From assembly GCA_037481775.1 (NCBI GenBank), contig JBBFKZ010000001.1, forward strand, positions 128,001 through 192,000: DNA of 64,000 bases, in the 5' to 3' direction. This DNA comes from Candidatus Bathyarchaeia archaeon (GTDB taxonomy: Archaea; Thermoproteota; Bathyarchaeia; Bathyarchaeales; Bathycorpusculaceae). The stretch's first letter is position 1, and each line of letters begins with the position of its first letter. This document shows positions 1-9,571 of this stretch, piece by piece. A program made the translations under genes and the position numbers. The notes beneath the pieces were generated by a model. That model did no database searches, was not told where the DNA came from, and saw only the letters and a program-made list of their open reading frames with translations.

Positions 1-216
1 TCCGCCATCCTTTAGCTTATTATAAACGTAAACAGAAACAATTAAGTGCGAGCACACCAAAAACAAGTTAACATTCGGTATGAGTAAACAGTTGGAACCT
101 TGTTTTCTCTTGATAGTGCCTTTGTATCCGGCATTTTAAATTTTAGACTGGGCTGCTAATGGTTAAATGTGGGTTTGCGAAATCATATCGTTCAGACAAG
201 GCAGAGGAGAATTACT

Positions 217-1446
217 GTGTCTTCTAGAGTGTTCGTTTACAAAAAATTCTCTGAGTTTTACAGTAGCCCCTCCACAGTTATTCCCTCTCCTTCATCGCTT
301 AGCCAGCGAGAACTAGGTTTTCTTCTTTTCAAAGAGCGCGTCATGTTAAGACATAAAAGTTTTGAAAGCATGAATCGTCTAAAGCGCTTTCTCAGCGAGA
401 ATATTCCTTCAGATGTTTATCACTCTTGTGCCATTTATGAAGATCCAGAAGCTGAAATGGATAAGAAGGGTTGGCTTGGTGCAGATTTGGTTTTCGACAT
501 AGACGCTGACCACATACCTACCCCCTGCAATAAAATTCATGATGAGTGGACTTGTAGCGAATGCAACTTCAGCGGAAAGGGCATAACACCTGAAGCTTGC
601 CCAATTTGCGGCGGGCAAAAATTTGAAACTAAAACTTGGGCTTGTGATCTCTGCTTAGGAGCTGCTAAAGAAGAAACCGCCAAGTTGATTGATATTTTGG
701 AGAAAGACTTCGGTTTTTCCCAGCAAGAAATGCACGTGTTTTTTTCAGGGCACCGTGGATACCACGTTCAAATCGAAAAAGACACAGTTAAGACGCTAGA
801 TGCTACGGCCCGCAAAGAAATAGTCGATTATGTTTCAGGTATAGGTCTGTTCCTCTTAGATGATGAAGCACAGAATAAAGCTGGCAAGCGGCGGCGTTCA
901 AACGTTTTTAGCTTACATGATTTTGGTTGGCACAAACGCCTAAAGTTGGGCCTCCAAAATTTTCTTATGAACGCCACAAAAGAAGATTTAAAGAACGCTG
1001 GGATAAAAGGAAGGTATGCCGCTTTTTTGGAAAACAGAGCGGTTCTTCTGAAACGGTGCATAGAAGAAAACAAATGGGGCGGCGTCAGAGGCATCAGCGT
1101 TGGAACATGGCGAAAACTAGCCAAATACATAAAGGAGCTTGAATCCGCAAAAATCGACACTGTTGTCACCACCGACATTCACCGCTTGATCAGAATGAAC
1201 GGTACCCTTCACGGCAAAACAGGCTTTTTGAAGATCGAGTTTCCAGTGAAGCGTTTAGCTGATTTTGATCCTTTCAAGGAAGCAGTAGCTTTTAAAGAAG
1301 GCACCGTGAAAGTGTTTGTCTTAGACGCACCAGAATTTAGGTTAGGTGACAACATGCTGGGTCCCTACAAGAATCAGAAGGTGGAACTTCCAACTGCAGC
1401 GGCTGTGCTGCTAATTTGCAAAGGCAGAGCTGAGGTGGCGCAGTAG
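217..1446 (+). CDS. priS: DNA primase small (catalytic) subunit with Zn-ribbon insert
   Basis: AEP motifs DLVFDIDADH, FSGHRGYH, IDTVVTTDIHRLIR; lies upstream of GINS. Probable GTG start at 217 after GAGGAG (ORF track starts 169). Confidence 0.93.
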   Translation: MSSRVFVYKKFSEFYSSPSTVIPSPSSLSQRELGFLLFKERVMLRHKSFESMNRLKRFLSENIPSDVYHSCAIYEDPEAEMDKKGWLGADLVFDIDADHIPTPCNKIHDEWTCSECNFSGKGITPEACPICGGQKFETKTWACDLCLGAAKEETAKLIDILEKDFGFSQQEMHVFFSGHRGYHVQIEKDTVKTLDATARKEIVDYVSGIGLFLLDDEAQNKAGKRRRSNVFSLHDFGWHKRLKLGLQNFLMNATKEDLKNAGIKGRYAAFLENRAVLLKRCIEENKWGGVRGISVGTWRKLAKYIKELESAKIDTVVTTDIHRLIRMNGTLHGKTGFLKIEFPVKRLADFDPFKEAVAFKEGTVKVFVLDAPEFRLGDNMLGPYKNQKVELPTAAAVLLICKGRAEVAQ

Positions 1447-1448
1447 TA

Positions 1449-1997
1449 ATGTATGACGAGATTTATGCTGCTTGGCGGCGTGAAGCCGAAAACGAGGCAC
1501 TTGGAAGTTTACCTACTGACTTTTACAAGCGAGTCGCGCTTTATCTGCAGAAGATTAAAGAAGAAAATAGAATGCTTGATAAGAAAACGGTGAAGGCAAG
1601 CCTCCTTGAACATGAAATGAAGCACGCCAAGCGCATGATAAAAGCGATAGTCTGGTTACGATACAAAAAGCTCTTGCGAATTATCAGTAAAAACCAGAAA
1701 ATTCCAGCGGAATTGTTGGCAGCTGAAGAAGCTAAATTATGGACGAGCTTCGCCTCATTCGCAGAGGCACATCAAAAGTTTGTAGGGAACCTTCTACGCG
1801 GGCAAATTTCTGATGATAGCACGCCAAAAATACAAAAAAGAGTTACTCTGAGATTTGTGAAAGAAATTCCTGCGATAATTGGCGCAGATATGAAGACTTA
1901 TGGACCTTTTATGCCAGAGGACATCGCGTCTGTGCCGGTAGAAAACGCAAAAATCTTGATTAAACAAGGTTTAGCTGTATTGATTGATACTTCTTAA
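1449..1997 (+). CDS. gins51: GINS complex subunit (Gins51/Gins15 type)
   Basis: Helical A domain plus C-terminal B domain (LRFVKEIPAIIGADMKTYGPF...VPVENAKILIKQG); follows priS. Confidence 0.88.
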   Translation: MYDEIYAAWRREAENEALGSLPTDFYKRVALYLQKIKEENRMLDKKTVKASLLEHEMKHAKRMIKAIVWLRYKKLLRIISKNQKIPAELLAAEEAKLWTSFASFAEAHQKFVGNLLRGQISDDSTPKIQKRVTLRFVKEIPAIIGADMKTYGPFMPEDIASVPVENAKILIKQGLAVLIDTS

Positions 1998-2099
1998 ATG
2001 CATACAACCAGTGTTTGCCAACAACTCGATTCAAGCAATATTGAAAGGCGAAAAAGAGTTCAGAGAAAACGTGGTTCCTATGCGAACATGCATTCAGTG

Positions 2100-2156
2100 C
2101 CGTCATATTTGGCGGCTATTAGCCATTCATTGCAGAAACCTATAGAGGGGCTATCG
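2100..2156 (+). repeat. Dispersed ~55-bp intergenic element, copy 1
   Basis: CCGTCATATTTGGCGGCTATTAGCCATTCATTGCAGAAACCTATAGAGGGGCTATCG; reverse complement of copy 4 with 4 mismatches in 57 nt. Confidence 0.95.
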
Positions 2157-2319
2157 CACACTTTTCGTTTGCTTAGAGTACCGTGGGCCCCTCGTAGATT
2201 AAGATAGAAGCGGTACATGCGCTATGTTAAGTCGTGTTTCGTTAAGTGTTTGCTCAAAACTTATTAACTTCCATCATTTAATCTTCACTAATTCATGAGT
2301 ATTTGTGGATAAGACGAAA

Positions 2320-3579
2320 ATGAGCAGCATAAGTAAAGCCTTGCCTAAACAACCAGAAGTTAACATAGGCACCATAGGGCATGTAGATCATGGGAAAACA
2401 ACTTTGGTGCAAGCGTTAACGGGCGTCTGGGCATCTCGGCACAGTGAGGAACTGAAAAGAGGCATAACCATCCGTTTAGGCTATGCGGATATGCCGATTT
2501 ACAAATGCCCAAAATGCGAAACGCCGCGAAACTATTCAACTAAGCCTGTTTGCCCGAACTGCGGCTCCGAAACGGTTTTCGTTCGTGCTGCGAGCTTCGT
2601 TGATGCGCCGGGGCATGAAGCGTTAATGGCAACTATGCTTTCAGGTGCCGCCATAATGGATGGCGCGCTACTTGTGATAGCCGCTGATGAACCATGCCCT
2701 CAACCGCAGACCCGCGAGCACTTAGAGGCAGCACAGATTATCGGCATAAAAAACATAATAATTGTCCAAAACAAAATTGACATAGTTGATGAGAAAAGAG
2801 CCCGCAAAAGCTATGAAGAAATCAAGGAGTTTGTTAAAGGAACCATCGCAGAGAACGCACCTATAATTCCTGTCTCAGCGCAACGTGCAATAAACATTGA
2901 CGTGCTGCTTAACGCCATAGAGGAAATTATACCCACGCCAAAAAGAGATGAAACAAAGCCGCCGCTCATGTATATTGTCCGCTCTTTTGATGTCAACAAA
3001 CCTGGAACACCTATTGAAGAATTGCAAGGCGGCATTATAGGTGGCACTATAACTCAAGGGAAATTTGCAGTTGGAGACGAAATAGAGATACGACCAGGCA
3101 TCAGCATGGAAAAAGAAGGCAAAACAGTTTATGTTCCTTTGATAAGCGAAATAGTAAGTTTGCATGCGGGCGAGAGAGACGTAAAAGAGGCGACATGCGG
3201 CGGATTAGTTGGTGTTGGAACGTTGCTTGATCCATCTTACTCGAAAGCAGATGGCTTAACTGGAAACATTGCGGGGAAAACAAGTTTACTGCCTCCAGTA
3301 TTGTCAGAGCTAACTTTAGAAACCCATATTTTAGAAAGGGCTGTGGGAACCAAAGAGCAGTTGAAAGTCGAAAAAATAAACCCTGACGAAACATTGCTTC
3401 TTCATGTAGGCGCCGCTGTAAACATTGGAAAAATTATATCAATCAAAAACAATATTGTTAAAATCAAGTTGAGCCGACCGATCTGCGCACAACCGAACTC
3501 TAGAGTTGCCCTAAGCAGAAAGATTGCGGCGCGATGGAGACTAATAGGGTACGGAATAACATTAGATAAGGCTACATGA
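2320..3579 (+). CDS. eif2g: Translation initiation factor aIF2 gamma subunit
   Basis: QPEVNIGTIGHVDHGKTT, RHSEELKRGITI, Zn knuckle, DAPGHE, NKID, WRLIGYG. Confidence 0.97.
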   Translation: MSSISKALPKQPEVNIGTIGHVDHGKTTLVQALTGVWASRHSEELKRGITIRLGYADMPIYKCPKCETPRNYSTKPVCPNCGSETVFVRAASFVDAPGHEALMATMLSGAAIMDGALLVIAADEPCPQPQTREHLEAAQIIGIKNIIIVQNKIDIVDEKRARKSYEEIKEFVKGTIAENAPIIPVSAQRAINIDVLLNAIEEIIPTPKRDETKPPLMYIVRSFDVNKPGTPIEELQGGIIGGTITQGKFAVGDEIEIRPGISMEKEGKTVYVPLISEIVSLHAGERDVKEATCGGLVGVGTLLDPSYSKADGLTGNIAGKTSLLPPVLSELTLETHILERAVGTKEQLKVEKINPDETLLLHVGAAVNIGKIISIKNNIVKIKLSRPICAQPNSRVALSRKIAARWRLIGYGITLDKAT

Positions 3580-3584
3580 GAACT

Positions 3585-4022
3585 TCAAGCACTTATTATC
3601 CCACGCGCTTTTAACAGTTCATGCGCTTTCTTAAGCAGAATTTTGGCGTTTTGGAAAGTAAGCTTTTCTATTGCGCTTTGATAATCTAGCCAAGTATACC
3701 CAATATGCTCGTAGGATAATGCGACTTTCTCTGTGCTAGTTTCGGCTAAAAAGAAAATTACTTCCTTGTGAACCTTTGCGCCTTGCCTTCTGTAAAAGTA
3801 CTCTATTTTTTCCCTGAAACCTTCAATGAACCGCGCGTCAGTTATGCCAGTTTCTTCTCGAAGTTCTCTAACGACCGTGTCTTTTTCACTTTCATTTGGC
3901 TCAACATTGCCTTTTACAAAATCCCAATGCCCAGCTTCATAATGTAGAAGAAGATATTTAACATCTTTATTCTTCAAGAACACTACGGCGCCACAGGATT
4001 TCTCATGAAGCAACGACTTCAC
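3585..4022 (-). CDS. Nudix hydrolase (Ap4A hydrolase-like)
   Basis: Nudix box KGNVEPNESEKDTVVRELREETG; SCGAVVF, GHWDF and LSYEH motifs. Confidence 0.9.
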   Translation of the reverse strand: MKSLLHEKSCGAVVFLKNKDVKYLLLHYEAGHWDFVKGNVEPNESEKDTVVRELREETGITDARFIEGFREKIEYFYRRQGAKVHKEVIFFLAETSTEKVALSYEHIGYTWLDYQSAIEKLTFQNAKILLKKAHELLKARGIISA

Positions 4023-4209
4023 TACCTTTTTGTGTTCAACTCAGTTTATGCAAAGGTTATTTAAAAGTAATACGTGCTTTCGGAATGCCGTGACATACGT
4101 TATTTCTGCTTTGAAAGCTGCATTATTAAGTGCTGAAGAACAAACAATTTTAATCCTACTTAAAGAGACTTTAACAAGGATCCTGAAGCTTAATGGTGCG
4201 AATGATTAA

Positions 4210-4623
4210 ATGAAGCTCATAGGCGAAACTGTTGGAGTGATTTTGGACTCAAACGCTTTGTTTGTTCCCCTTCAATTTAAAATCGACATTTTCAATGACC
4301 TAAAAATTCTACTAAACAGGAATTTTGAACTGATTTTATTGTCACCTGTCAAACGTGAACTAGAAACACTTGCGGAAAAAGGTTCGCCTAAAATGCGTAA
4401 AAATGCCTCTTACGCATTGAAGCTAGCTGAAAAATGCAGGTATATCGAAATCGCTGCATCAGATTCAGAACCCACTGATAACTTAATAGTTAAAATAGCT
4501 AAAGAATGGCGTTTCCCAGTATTCACCAATGACAAACAACTTAGGAAGAGGCTAAGAGATATAAATGTGCCAGTAATTTATGTGAGACAAAAATCGCGTC
4601 TCGAAATTGACGGAATGATCTGA
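4210..4623 (+). CDS. PIN-domain ribonuclease (Fcf1/Utp24-like)
   Basis: VILDSNAL, TDNLI, VFTNDKQLRKRL; conserved position before rpoE'. Confidence 0.88.
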   Translation: MKLIGETVGVILDSNALFVPLQFKIDIFNDLKILLNRNFELILLSPVKRELETLAEKGSPKMRKNASYALKLAEKCRYIEIAASDSEPTDNLIVKIAKEWRFPVFTNDKQLRKRLRDINVPVIYVRQKSRLEIDGMI

Positions 4624-4626
4624 AAA

Positions 4627-5229
4627 ATGTTTAAACTAATAACACTACAGGATACTATTCGCATTCCGCCTGAAACCTTTGGCAGCCCTCTCGAGAAAGT
4701 AGGTCACGACCAAGTAAAGGTCAAATACGAGGGTGTTGTAGACGAAGAGTTAGGCTACGTCATAGCAGTGACAAGTGTAGACGTAAGCCCCATAGGAAAG
4801 ATAATTCCTGGAGATGGCGCAACTTATCATAAAGTAACGTTTTCGCTGTTAACTTTTTACCCAGTCCTTCAAGAAATAGTTGAAGGCGATGTGGTGGAAA
4901 TTGCGGATTTTGGTGCCTTTGTACGCATAGGGCCTGTAGACGCGTTGCTTCATGTTTCGCAGCTCATGGATGACTACATGTCTTATGATGAAAAACAAGG
5001 AGTTTTACTTGGAAAGGAAACTAAAAGAAAATTAATGAGCGGAGACCATGTACGCGTCAGGATAACAGCCGTTTCTCTCGGCAGGGCTGGAAGCTCAGGG
5101 AAAATCGGTGTAACTGCGAGGCAACCGTTTCTGGGCAAGCTAGAATGGATTAAGCTCGAGACTTCTCAACCGAAAGAAAACGCAGAGAAGAAAGCAACAG
5201 AAAACAAAACAGAACAGGAGCGCCAATGA
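4627..5229 (+). CDS. rpoE1: RNA polymerase subunit Rpo7 (E')
   Basis: IRIPP, IIPGDGA, S1 domain FGAFVRIGPVDALLHVSQ, RQPFLGKLEW. Confidence 0.96.
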   Translation: MFKLITLQDTIRIPPETFGSPLEKVGHDQVKVKYEGVVDEELGYVIAVTSVDVSPIGKIIPGDGATYHKVTFSLLTFYPVLQEIVEGDVVEIADFGAFVRIGPVDALLHVSQLMDDYMSYDEKQGVLLGKETKRKLMSGDHVRVRITAVSLGRAGSSGKIGVTARQPFLGKLEWIKLETSQPKENAEKKATENKTEQERQ

Positions 5230-5230
5230 G

Positions 5231-5416
5231 ATGAATGAGAAAGCTTGTACGAACTGTCATTTCATAACTAAAGAAAACGTGTGCCCAAAGTGCAAGTCAA
5301 CAAGTCTAAGCGAAGACTTCAGCGGCATAGTCATTATGTTCGAGCCGGAGACTTCAGTTATTGCAAAGGTTATGAGCATAAAAGAAAAAGGGCGTTATGC
5401 CCTAAAGATCAGGTAA
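5231..5416 (+). CDS. spt4: Transcription elongation factor Spt4 (RpoE'')
   Basis: ACxxC...CPxC...SEDFSG...GRYALKIR. Confidence 0.95.
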   Translation: MNEKACTNCHFITKENVCPKCKSTSLSEDFSGIVIMFEPETSVIAKVMSIKEKGRYALKIR

Positions 5417-5492
5417 ATCTTGCCTTTGCTAAGGTAAACACGCTATTAAAAATGCTTTAAGGCAGATTCGCCTGAGTTAAAAGGGTTGAAAA

Positions 5493-6023
5493 ATGGCTGT
5501 TGCCTATACTATCACTTCAGAACTTCGTGCGAAGCTTAAAGAGCCTTTTGGCACTTTAATCCGTGGCTCATTTGATGAAACCATCAACAAACTAAATGAA
5601 ATCTTGAAGACTGAAAAACCGCCCGTTCTGGTGTCCGTCGGAGACATGGTTTCACGTAATCTTCATGAACATTTGATTCCCACGCAACTTTTTATTACTG
5701 ATAACAAGAGCATGCGAAAAAGAATAAAGCCGAGAATGTTTGCGGCTAAACTTTTTCATGTTAAAAATCCGCCTGGGACAATAACTGAAGAAGCAAAGGC
5801 GGCGGTAAGGTCTGCCTTGGAAAGTGGCGAAACTGCTCAAATAATTGTTGACGGAGAGGAAGATTTGCTGACACTTATCGCCGTTCTATACGCGCCAGAG
5901 AACTCGTTAGTCATTTATGGGCAACCATCAGAGGGTATAGTAGCCGTCAAAGTTACCTCTGGAAAAAAGAAGGAAGCCACAGAAATTCTAAAAGCGATGG
6001 AAACTGTTCGAAAAGCTAAATAG
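5493..6023 (+). CDS. GTP-dependent dephospho-CoA kinase (DUF359)
   Basis: LKEPFG, VGDMVS, NPPGTIT, VDGEEDLL, YGQP; conserved position after spt4. Confidence 0.9.
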   Translation: MAVAYTITSELRAKLKEPFGTLIRGSFDETINKLNEILKTEKPPVLVSVGDMVSRNLHEHLIPTQLFITDNKSMRKRIKPRMFAAKLFHVKNPPGTITEEAKAAVRSALESGETAQIIVDGEEDLLTLIAVLYAPENSLVIYGQPSEGIVAVKVTSGKKKEATEILKAMETVRKAK

Positions 6024-6068
6024 GAAGTAGAAGTATGAAACTCTCTGCTCTAAACAAGTGATGAAGAG

Positions 6069-6380
6069 ATGGAAGTTAAGATAGTATCAATAAAGGCGAA
6101 CCCTCTTCTGAAGCGGAAGGAAGCTCGTTTCAGAGTGGAACATGATGTTAAAGGGAAAACGCCTACGCGATTGGAAGTTAGAAAGGCCATAGCGGCTGAA
6201 CTGAAGATAAATGAAGAGCTTGTTTTTATTAAGAACATGCAGACCTTAACTGGGACAAACACAACTTTTGGAGTTGCTAACGTTTATGAAACGGGTGACT
6301 ACGCAAAACTTATTGAGCCTGAGTACATAAGAAAACGTAACAGTCCCTCAGAAGAACAAAAAGAAGAGGCGGCGAAGTAA
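6069..6380 (+). CDS. rps24e: 30S ribosomal protein S24e
   Basis: NPLLKRKE, TPTRLEVR, EPEYIRKRN. Confidence 0.93.
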   Translation: MEVKIVSIKANPLLKRKEARFRVEHDVKGKTPTRLEVRKAIAAELKINEELVFIKNMQTLTGTNTTFGVANVYETGDYAKLIEPEYIRKRNSPSEEQKEEAAK

Positions 6381-6381
6381 A

Positions 6382-6645
6382 ATGTCGAAGAAAGCAAGCG
6401 AAAAGAAAGAACCTGCTGCAGAAGAGGTAAAAACGCAGAAGTCCGGCAAAGCAACGCCAGCGCCTAAAGCAGAAAAGAAGAAAAAAGATGAGAAGGGCGT
6501 TCACTCTTTGTATAAAGTAGAGGGTGAAAAAGTTACGAGGTTGCGTCCAACCTGCGAGCGCTGCGGGCCAGGATACTTCATGGCTAACCATCATGACCGC
6601 TACACTTGTGGTCACTGTGGTTTCACCCGATATAAGCAGGCTTAA
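6382..6645 (+). CDS. rps27ae: 30S ribosomal protein S27ae with N-terminal low-complexity extension
   Basis: CERCGPGYFMANHHDRYTCGHCGFT. Confidence 0.95.
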   Translation: MSKKASEKKEPAAEEVKTQKSGKATPAPKAEKKKKDEKGVHSLYKVEGEKVTRLRPTCERCGPGYFMANHHDRYTCGHCGFTRYKQA

Positions 6646-6681
6646 TAAGCAGTTTTAAATTCTCAGTGTACATATACTCTC

Positions 6682-7116
6682 GTGATTCGCATGCTTAGAG
6701 TTAACGTGTTCATAACGAGCATTTCTGCAGAGCGTTTTTGGGACATGAGAAAACCATTTCCGCCCATACAGATAAGCACGAACATTAACATTGTGGGCAT
6801 GGAGAAAATAGCGGACGGCACCTTGGATGTCCCATTTATTTTGTCAATAAATTATAACCCGTCAATAGCGCAGATAAGCCTCAAAGGCAACGCCTACGTT
6901 GCTGGTGACAAAAACGAAATTGAGAAGGCACTTAAGGATCACGATGAAAAGAAGCCGCCGCCACAGCCTATCGTGCAGTCAATATCCAACGTGGTCTTCA
7001 TTGAATCAGTTCTCATATCGAGGACACTGAACATTCCGCCGCCGATTCCTTTGCCGCAAGTGCCTGAAGTCAAACCGCCAGCTGCAAAACCTACCGGCAG
7101 AGATTACACTGCATAG
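6682..7116 (+). CDS. Conserved archaeal hypothetical protein (possibly SecB-like fold)
   Basis: Alternating beta strands, a helix, then a PPPIPLP tail; the fold call is an impression only. Confidence 0.6.
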   Translation: MIRMLRVNVFITSISAERFWDMRKPFPPIQISTNINIVGMEKIADGTLDVPFILSINYNPSIAQISLKGNAYVAGDKNEIEKALKDHDEKKPPPQPIVQSISNVVFIESVLISRTLNIPPPIPLPQVPEVKPPAAKPTGRDYTA

Positions 7117-7156
7117 AATAAAAGAAGCAGACAACCCAGGTGGGCAGAACCACTGT

Positions 7157-7930
7157 TTAAGAGATGTATGTGGTTTTTTTATCTTCTTCTCTGCGTATTT
7201 CTTCAGCTTGTAACGCCCTTTTCTCCTCGATTTTCTGCAGCCGCGCCAGCATACTTTCTGCCTTGGCAATTTCCTCGTTAAACGCAGTCAAATCAACATT
7301 TAAGTTAAATATCTTATTCAAAACTTCTAAAACGCTTCTTGCAGACAAAGGGTCAGGCAAATATCCACGTGTTTCTCCCAAGAGGCAAAGTGCTTCGATT
7401 TTCCTAAACCGCGCTAATCCCAGTATTAACCCTGCTGTGCCGACAATAGGGCTTCCTGAAGCGCTAACGATGGCGCCTGCACGCAATGCGTTATCCAAAA
7501 GTTCCTTAGAAGTGGCAGCCGCAAACACTTTAGGTTTATCTTTTGCTTCCATGCGGTAGCCACCGATGGTTACGATGGTCTTCACACCATGTTTTTGAGC
7601 AAAATCAAGCATTCGACCAGCAATTTCGTATTGTCCTTCAATCGTTTGCGATTGGCTATCGCCAGTAAAAAGAATCAAATCAGTTGTGTCTCCTTCGTTT
7701 TTCCAGAAATAGAAGGCTCCACGCAGAAGGCGAACACTTCCTTTCTTGTTTACGAGCACAAAATAGGGGAAATGTGGAGAATAAAGATGCGCAAACTTTT
7801 GTGCTTTCAACTGTTTGATTAGATAACGTATGGCAATTTTTCCCACAAGCCCTAAACCTGGAAAGCCTTCGACCAAAACGGCGTTAGAGGGGTTGATTTG
7901 TCTGAGCTCTTTGATGTATGTTTCTTTCAT
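7157..7930 (-). CDS. Proteasome assembly chaperone (PAC2 family)
   Basis: LVEGFPGLGLVGKIA, FTGDSQ, TIGGY, LLGETRGYLPDP; follows nop10. Confidence 0.9.
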   Translation of the reverse strand: MKETYIKELRQINPSNAVLVEGFPGLGLVGKIAIRYLIKQLKAQKFAHLYSPHFPYFVLVNKKGSVRLLRGAFYFWKNEGDTTDLILFTGDSQSQTIEGQYEIAGRMLDFAQKHGVKTIVTIGGYRMEAKDKPKVFAAATSKELLDNALRAGAIVSASGSPIVGTAGLILGLARFRKIEALCLLGETRGYLPDPLSARSVLEVLNKIFNLNVDLTAFNEEIAKAESMLARLQKIEEKRALQAEEIRREEDKKTTYIS

Positions 7931-8097
7931 TTTGGCAATTGCTCCTCTTTCAAGATTATTCTATATCTGAGGTATTTATCGTCAGGAGAAAACTTGGGCG
8001 GATGGGGAATCCGAACAGTCCCGCCGCAGTAGGGGCATACATCCTTCTTTAGAGTGTACCGATTGCAATCTGCGCATTTTCTTAATAGCCAGACCAT
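7927..8097 (-). CDS. nop10: H/ACA RNP protein Nop10 (56 aa, missing from the ORF track)
   Basis: Hand translation MVWLLRKCADCNRYTLKKDVCPYCGGTVRIPHPPKFSPDDKYLRYRIILKEEQLPK; follows aIF2-alpha. Confidence 0.95.
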   Translation of the reverse strand: MVWLLRKCADCNRYTLKKDVCPYCGGTVRIPHPPKFSPDDKYLRYRIILKEEQLPK

Positions 8098-8885
8098 TAC
8101 TTTTCCCTTCTAAAAACGCCTTGACCACCAGCCTTAACGATGTTTGAGACGACATTTTGTGCAACTTTCTGTAGAATTTCTTCTGCGCGCTTATAGTTCT
8201 CTGCCATTACCTCAACAGCATATTTTGGAGCAGCAATTACAAAGAAATTAACGTTTGCACCTTTTACTTTTTCGGTTTTCACCGCGTTGAGGAAAGCGTT
8301 TTTGATTATCTTAACGCCGTTAGGTTTCATGCAGCGCACTTCAAGAATACCTTTTACCTTCACCAGTTTAACGTGTATTCGCTCAGCCGCAACCTCAGCA
8401 AAAGCCTTAGCGAAATTTTCAGGAATACCTATTTTCATCAAAACTTCTGGTCCTTCAGTGATCGTTTTTTCAAAACCTTCGTATAGACCATACTTTTCCT
8501 CTACGAGGGTTCCAGCCTTCGCATACACTTCTTCAACTGGCAATCCGAGTTTTTCTGCAACATCGCGAAGCAAGGACTCAGCCTTTCTGCCTTGCTTCCA
8601 CAGCTTAATCTTTTCAATCTTTTCTCGCTTAGTCACCCGTCTAAGGGATAAATCAATGTGGCCTTTTTCCGTATCTACGCGTAAAACTTTCAGAACAACT
8701 TTTTGTCCTTCCCTGACAAAATCACGAATGTTCCTTATCCAGCTGCTGCTAATTTCAGAAACATGCAGCAAACCGCGCTTGCCATATTCATCAAGTTTGG
8801 CGTACGCTCCATAGTCAGTGACAGTTTCTATCGTGGCAATTACGAGATCGCCAACTTCAGGCCACTCGGGTTTGCGTTCCGCCAT
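8097..8885 (-). CDS. eif2a: Translation initiation factor aIF2 alpha subunit
   Basis: S1 domain PEVGDLV...GLLHVSEISSSWIRNIRD, KGHIDLSLRRV, AAPKY; probable start MAERK. Confidence 0.96.
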   Translation of the reverse strand: MAERKPEWPEVGDLVIATIETVTDYGAYAKLDEYGKRGLLHVSEISSSWIRNIRDFVREGQKVVLKVLRVDTEKGHIDLSLRRVTKREKIEKIKLWKQGRKAESLLRDVAEKLGLPVEEVYAKAGTLVEEKYGLYEGFEKTITEGPEVLMKIGIPENFAKAFAEVAAERIHVKLVKVKGILEVRCMKPNGVKIIKNAFLNAVKTEKVKGANVNFFVIAAPKYAVEVMAENYKRAEEILQKVAQNVVSNIVKAGGQGVFRREK

Positions 8886-8898
8886 TAAATTTTCGTCC

Positions 8899-9096
8899 CT
8901 ACTCAAGTACTGATTGTAACTCGCCTTTTATTTTTACTTTACCGCCCGTTGGCTCCGCAAGCACTTCACTACACACATTGCAAACAACCTTGTTCGTCGC
9001 GTTACTGAAGACTAACTGCTCATTTCCACATTTCAAACATTTGATGCGTAAAAAGCGGCTTTTAGGCTTAGGAATAAGTTTGTCCCATTCGGTCAT
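8899..9096 (-). CDS. rps27e: 30S ribosomal protein S27e
   Basis: PKSRFLRIKCLKCGNEQLVF...CNVC..LAEPTGGK. Confidence 0.96.
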   Translation of the reverse strand: MTEWDKLIPKPKSRFLRIKCLKCGNEQLVFSNATNKVVCNVCSEVLAEPTGGKVKIKGELQSVLE

Positions 9097-9111
9097 TATA
9101 CTTCCTCCTCC

Positions 9112-9387
9112 TTAGGCTATAACAAGCTTCCTCAAGCGTATGCCATCTTTGTGGCGCATGTAACCACATTTTTTGCACTTAAGCCTTAAAGTCTGCTTTT
9201 TTGTAGTTTTAGCAAATTCATGCTGAAGCGGATATTTTTGTCCACCATACCCTTTCTTTTCGCGTTTGTGATGCCGCTCGCCTTTCGCTAACGCACGACG
9301 CTTTCCTGCCTTGTAGAGACTGACCGAATGAACCTGATGAGCCTTACATTTCGGACAGTACGTGGTAATTTCCTTAGGTACGTTCAT
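9112..9387 (-). CDS. rpl44e: 50S ribosomal protein L44e
   Basis: MNVPKEITTYCPKC..H, KGYGGQKYP, AKTTKK, CKKCG. Confidence 0.96.
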   Translation of the reverse strand: MNVPKEITTYCPKCKAHQVHSVSLYKAGKRRALAKGERHHKREKKGYGGQKYPLQHEFAKTTKKQTLRLKCKKCGYMRHKDGIRLRKLVIA

Positions 9388-9518
9388 GTTTATCGCTTCC
9401 AACTTCGCAATAGAAAAAACATGCACACTCTTATACTTTTTCTGTTTCTATCTCGCATTCTCTAATAGAAAAGACGCCTGCGACATAATTATTTGGAAGG
9501 CGCGCAGCACCCTGCCGT

Positions 9519-9571
9519 GATAGCCCCTCTATAGGTTTCCTGCATTGAATTGCTAATATGCGCCAAATATG
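9519..9571 (-). repeat. Dispersed ~55-bp intergenic element, copy 2 (inverted relative to copy 1)
   Basis: GATAGCCCCTCTATAGGTTTCCTGCATTGAATTGCTAATATGCGCCAAATATG; one extra C compared with copy 4. Confidence 0.95.

Noticed and set aside
1998-2207. ORFs 1998-2207 (+) and 57217-57423 (-) sharing PSYLA.IS.S.QKPIEGLS
   Set aside because: The similarity is only the translated DNA repeat. Copies 2 and 3 carry 1-nt insertions, and the second ORF overlaps S6e, so these are not protein paralogs.
7982-8164. 60-aa ORF from the track
   Set aside because: Wrong frame; the real gene here is nop10 at 7927-8097.
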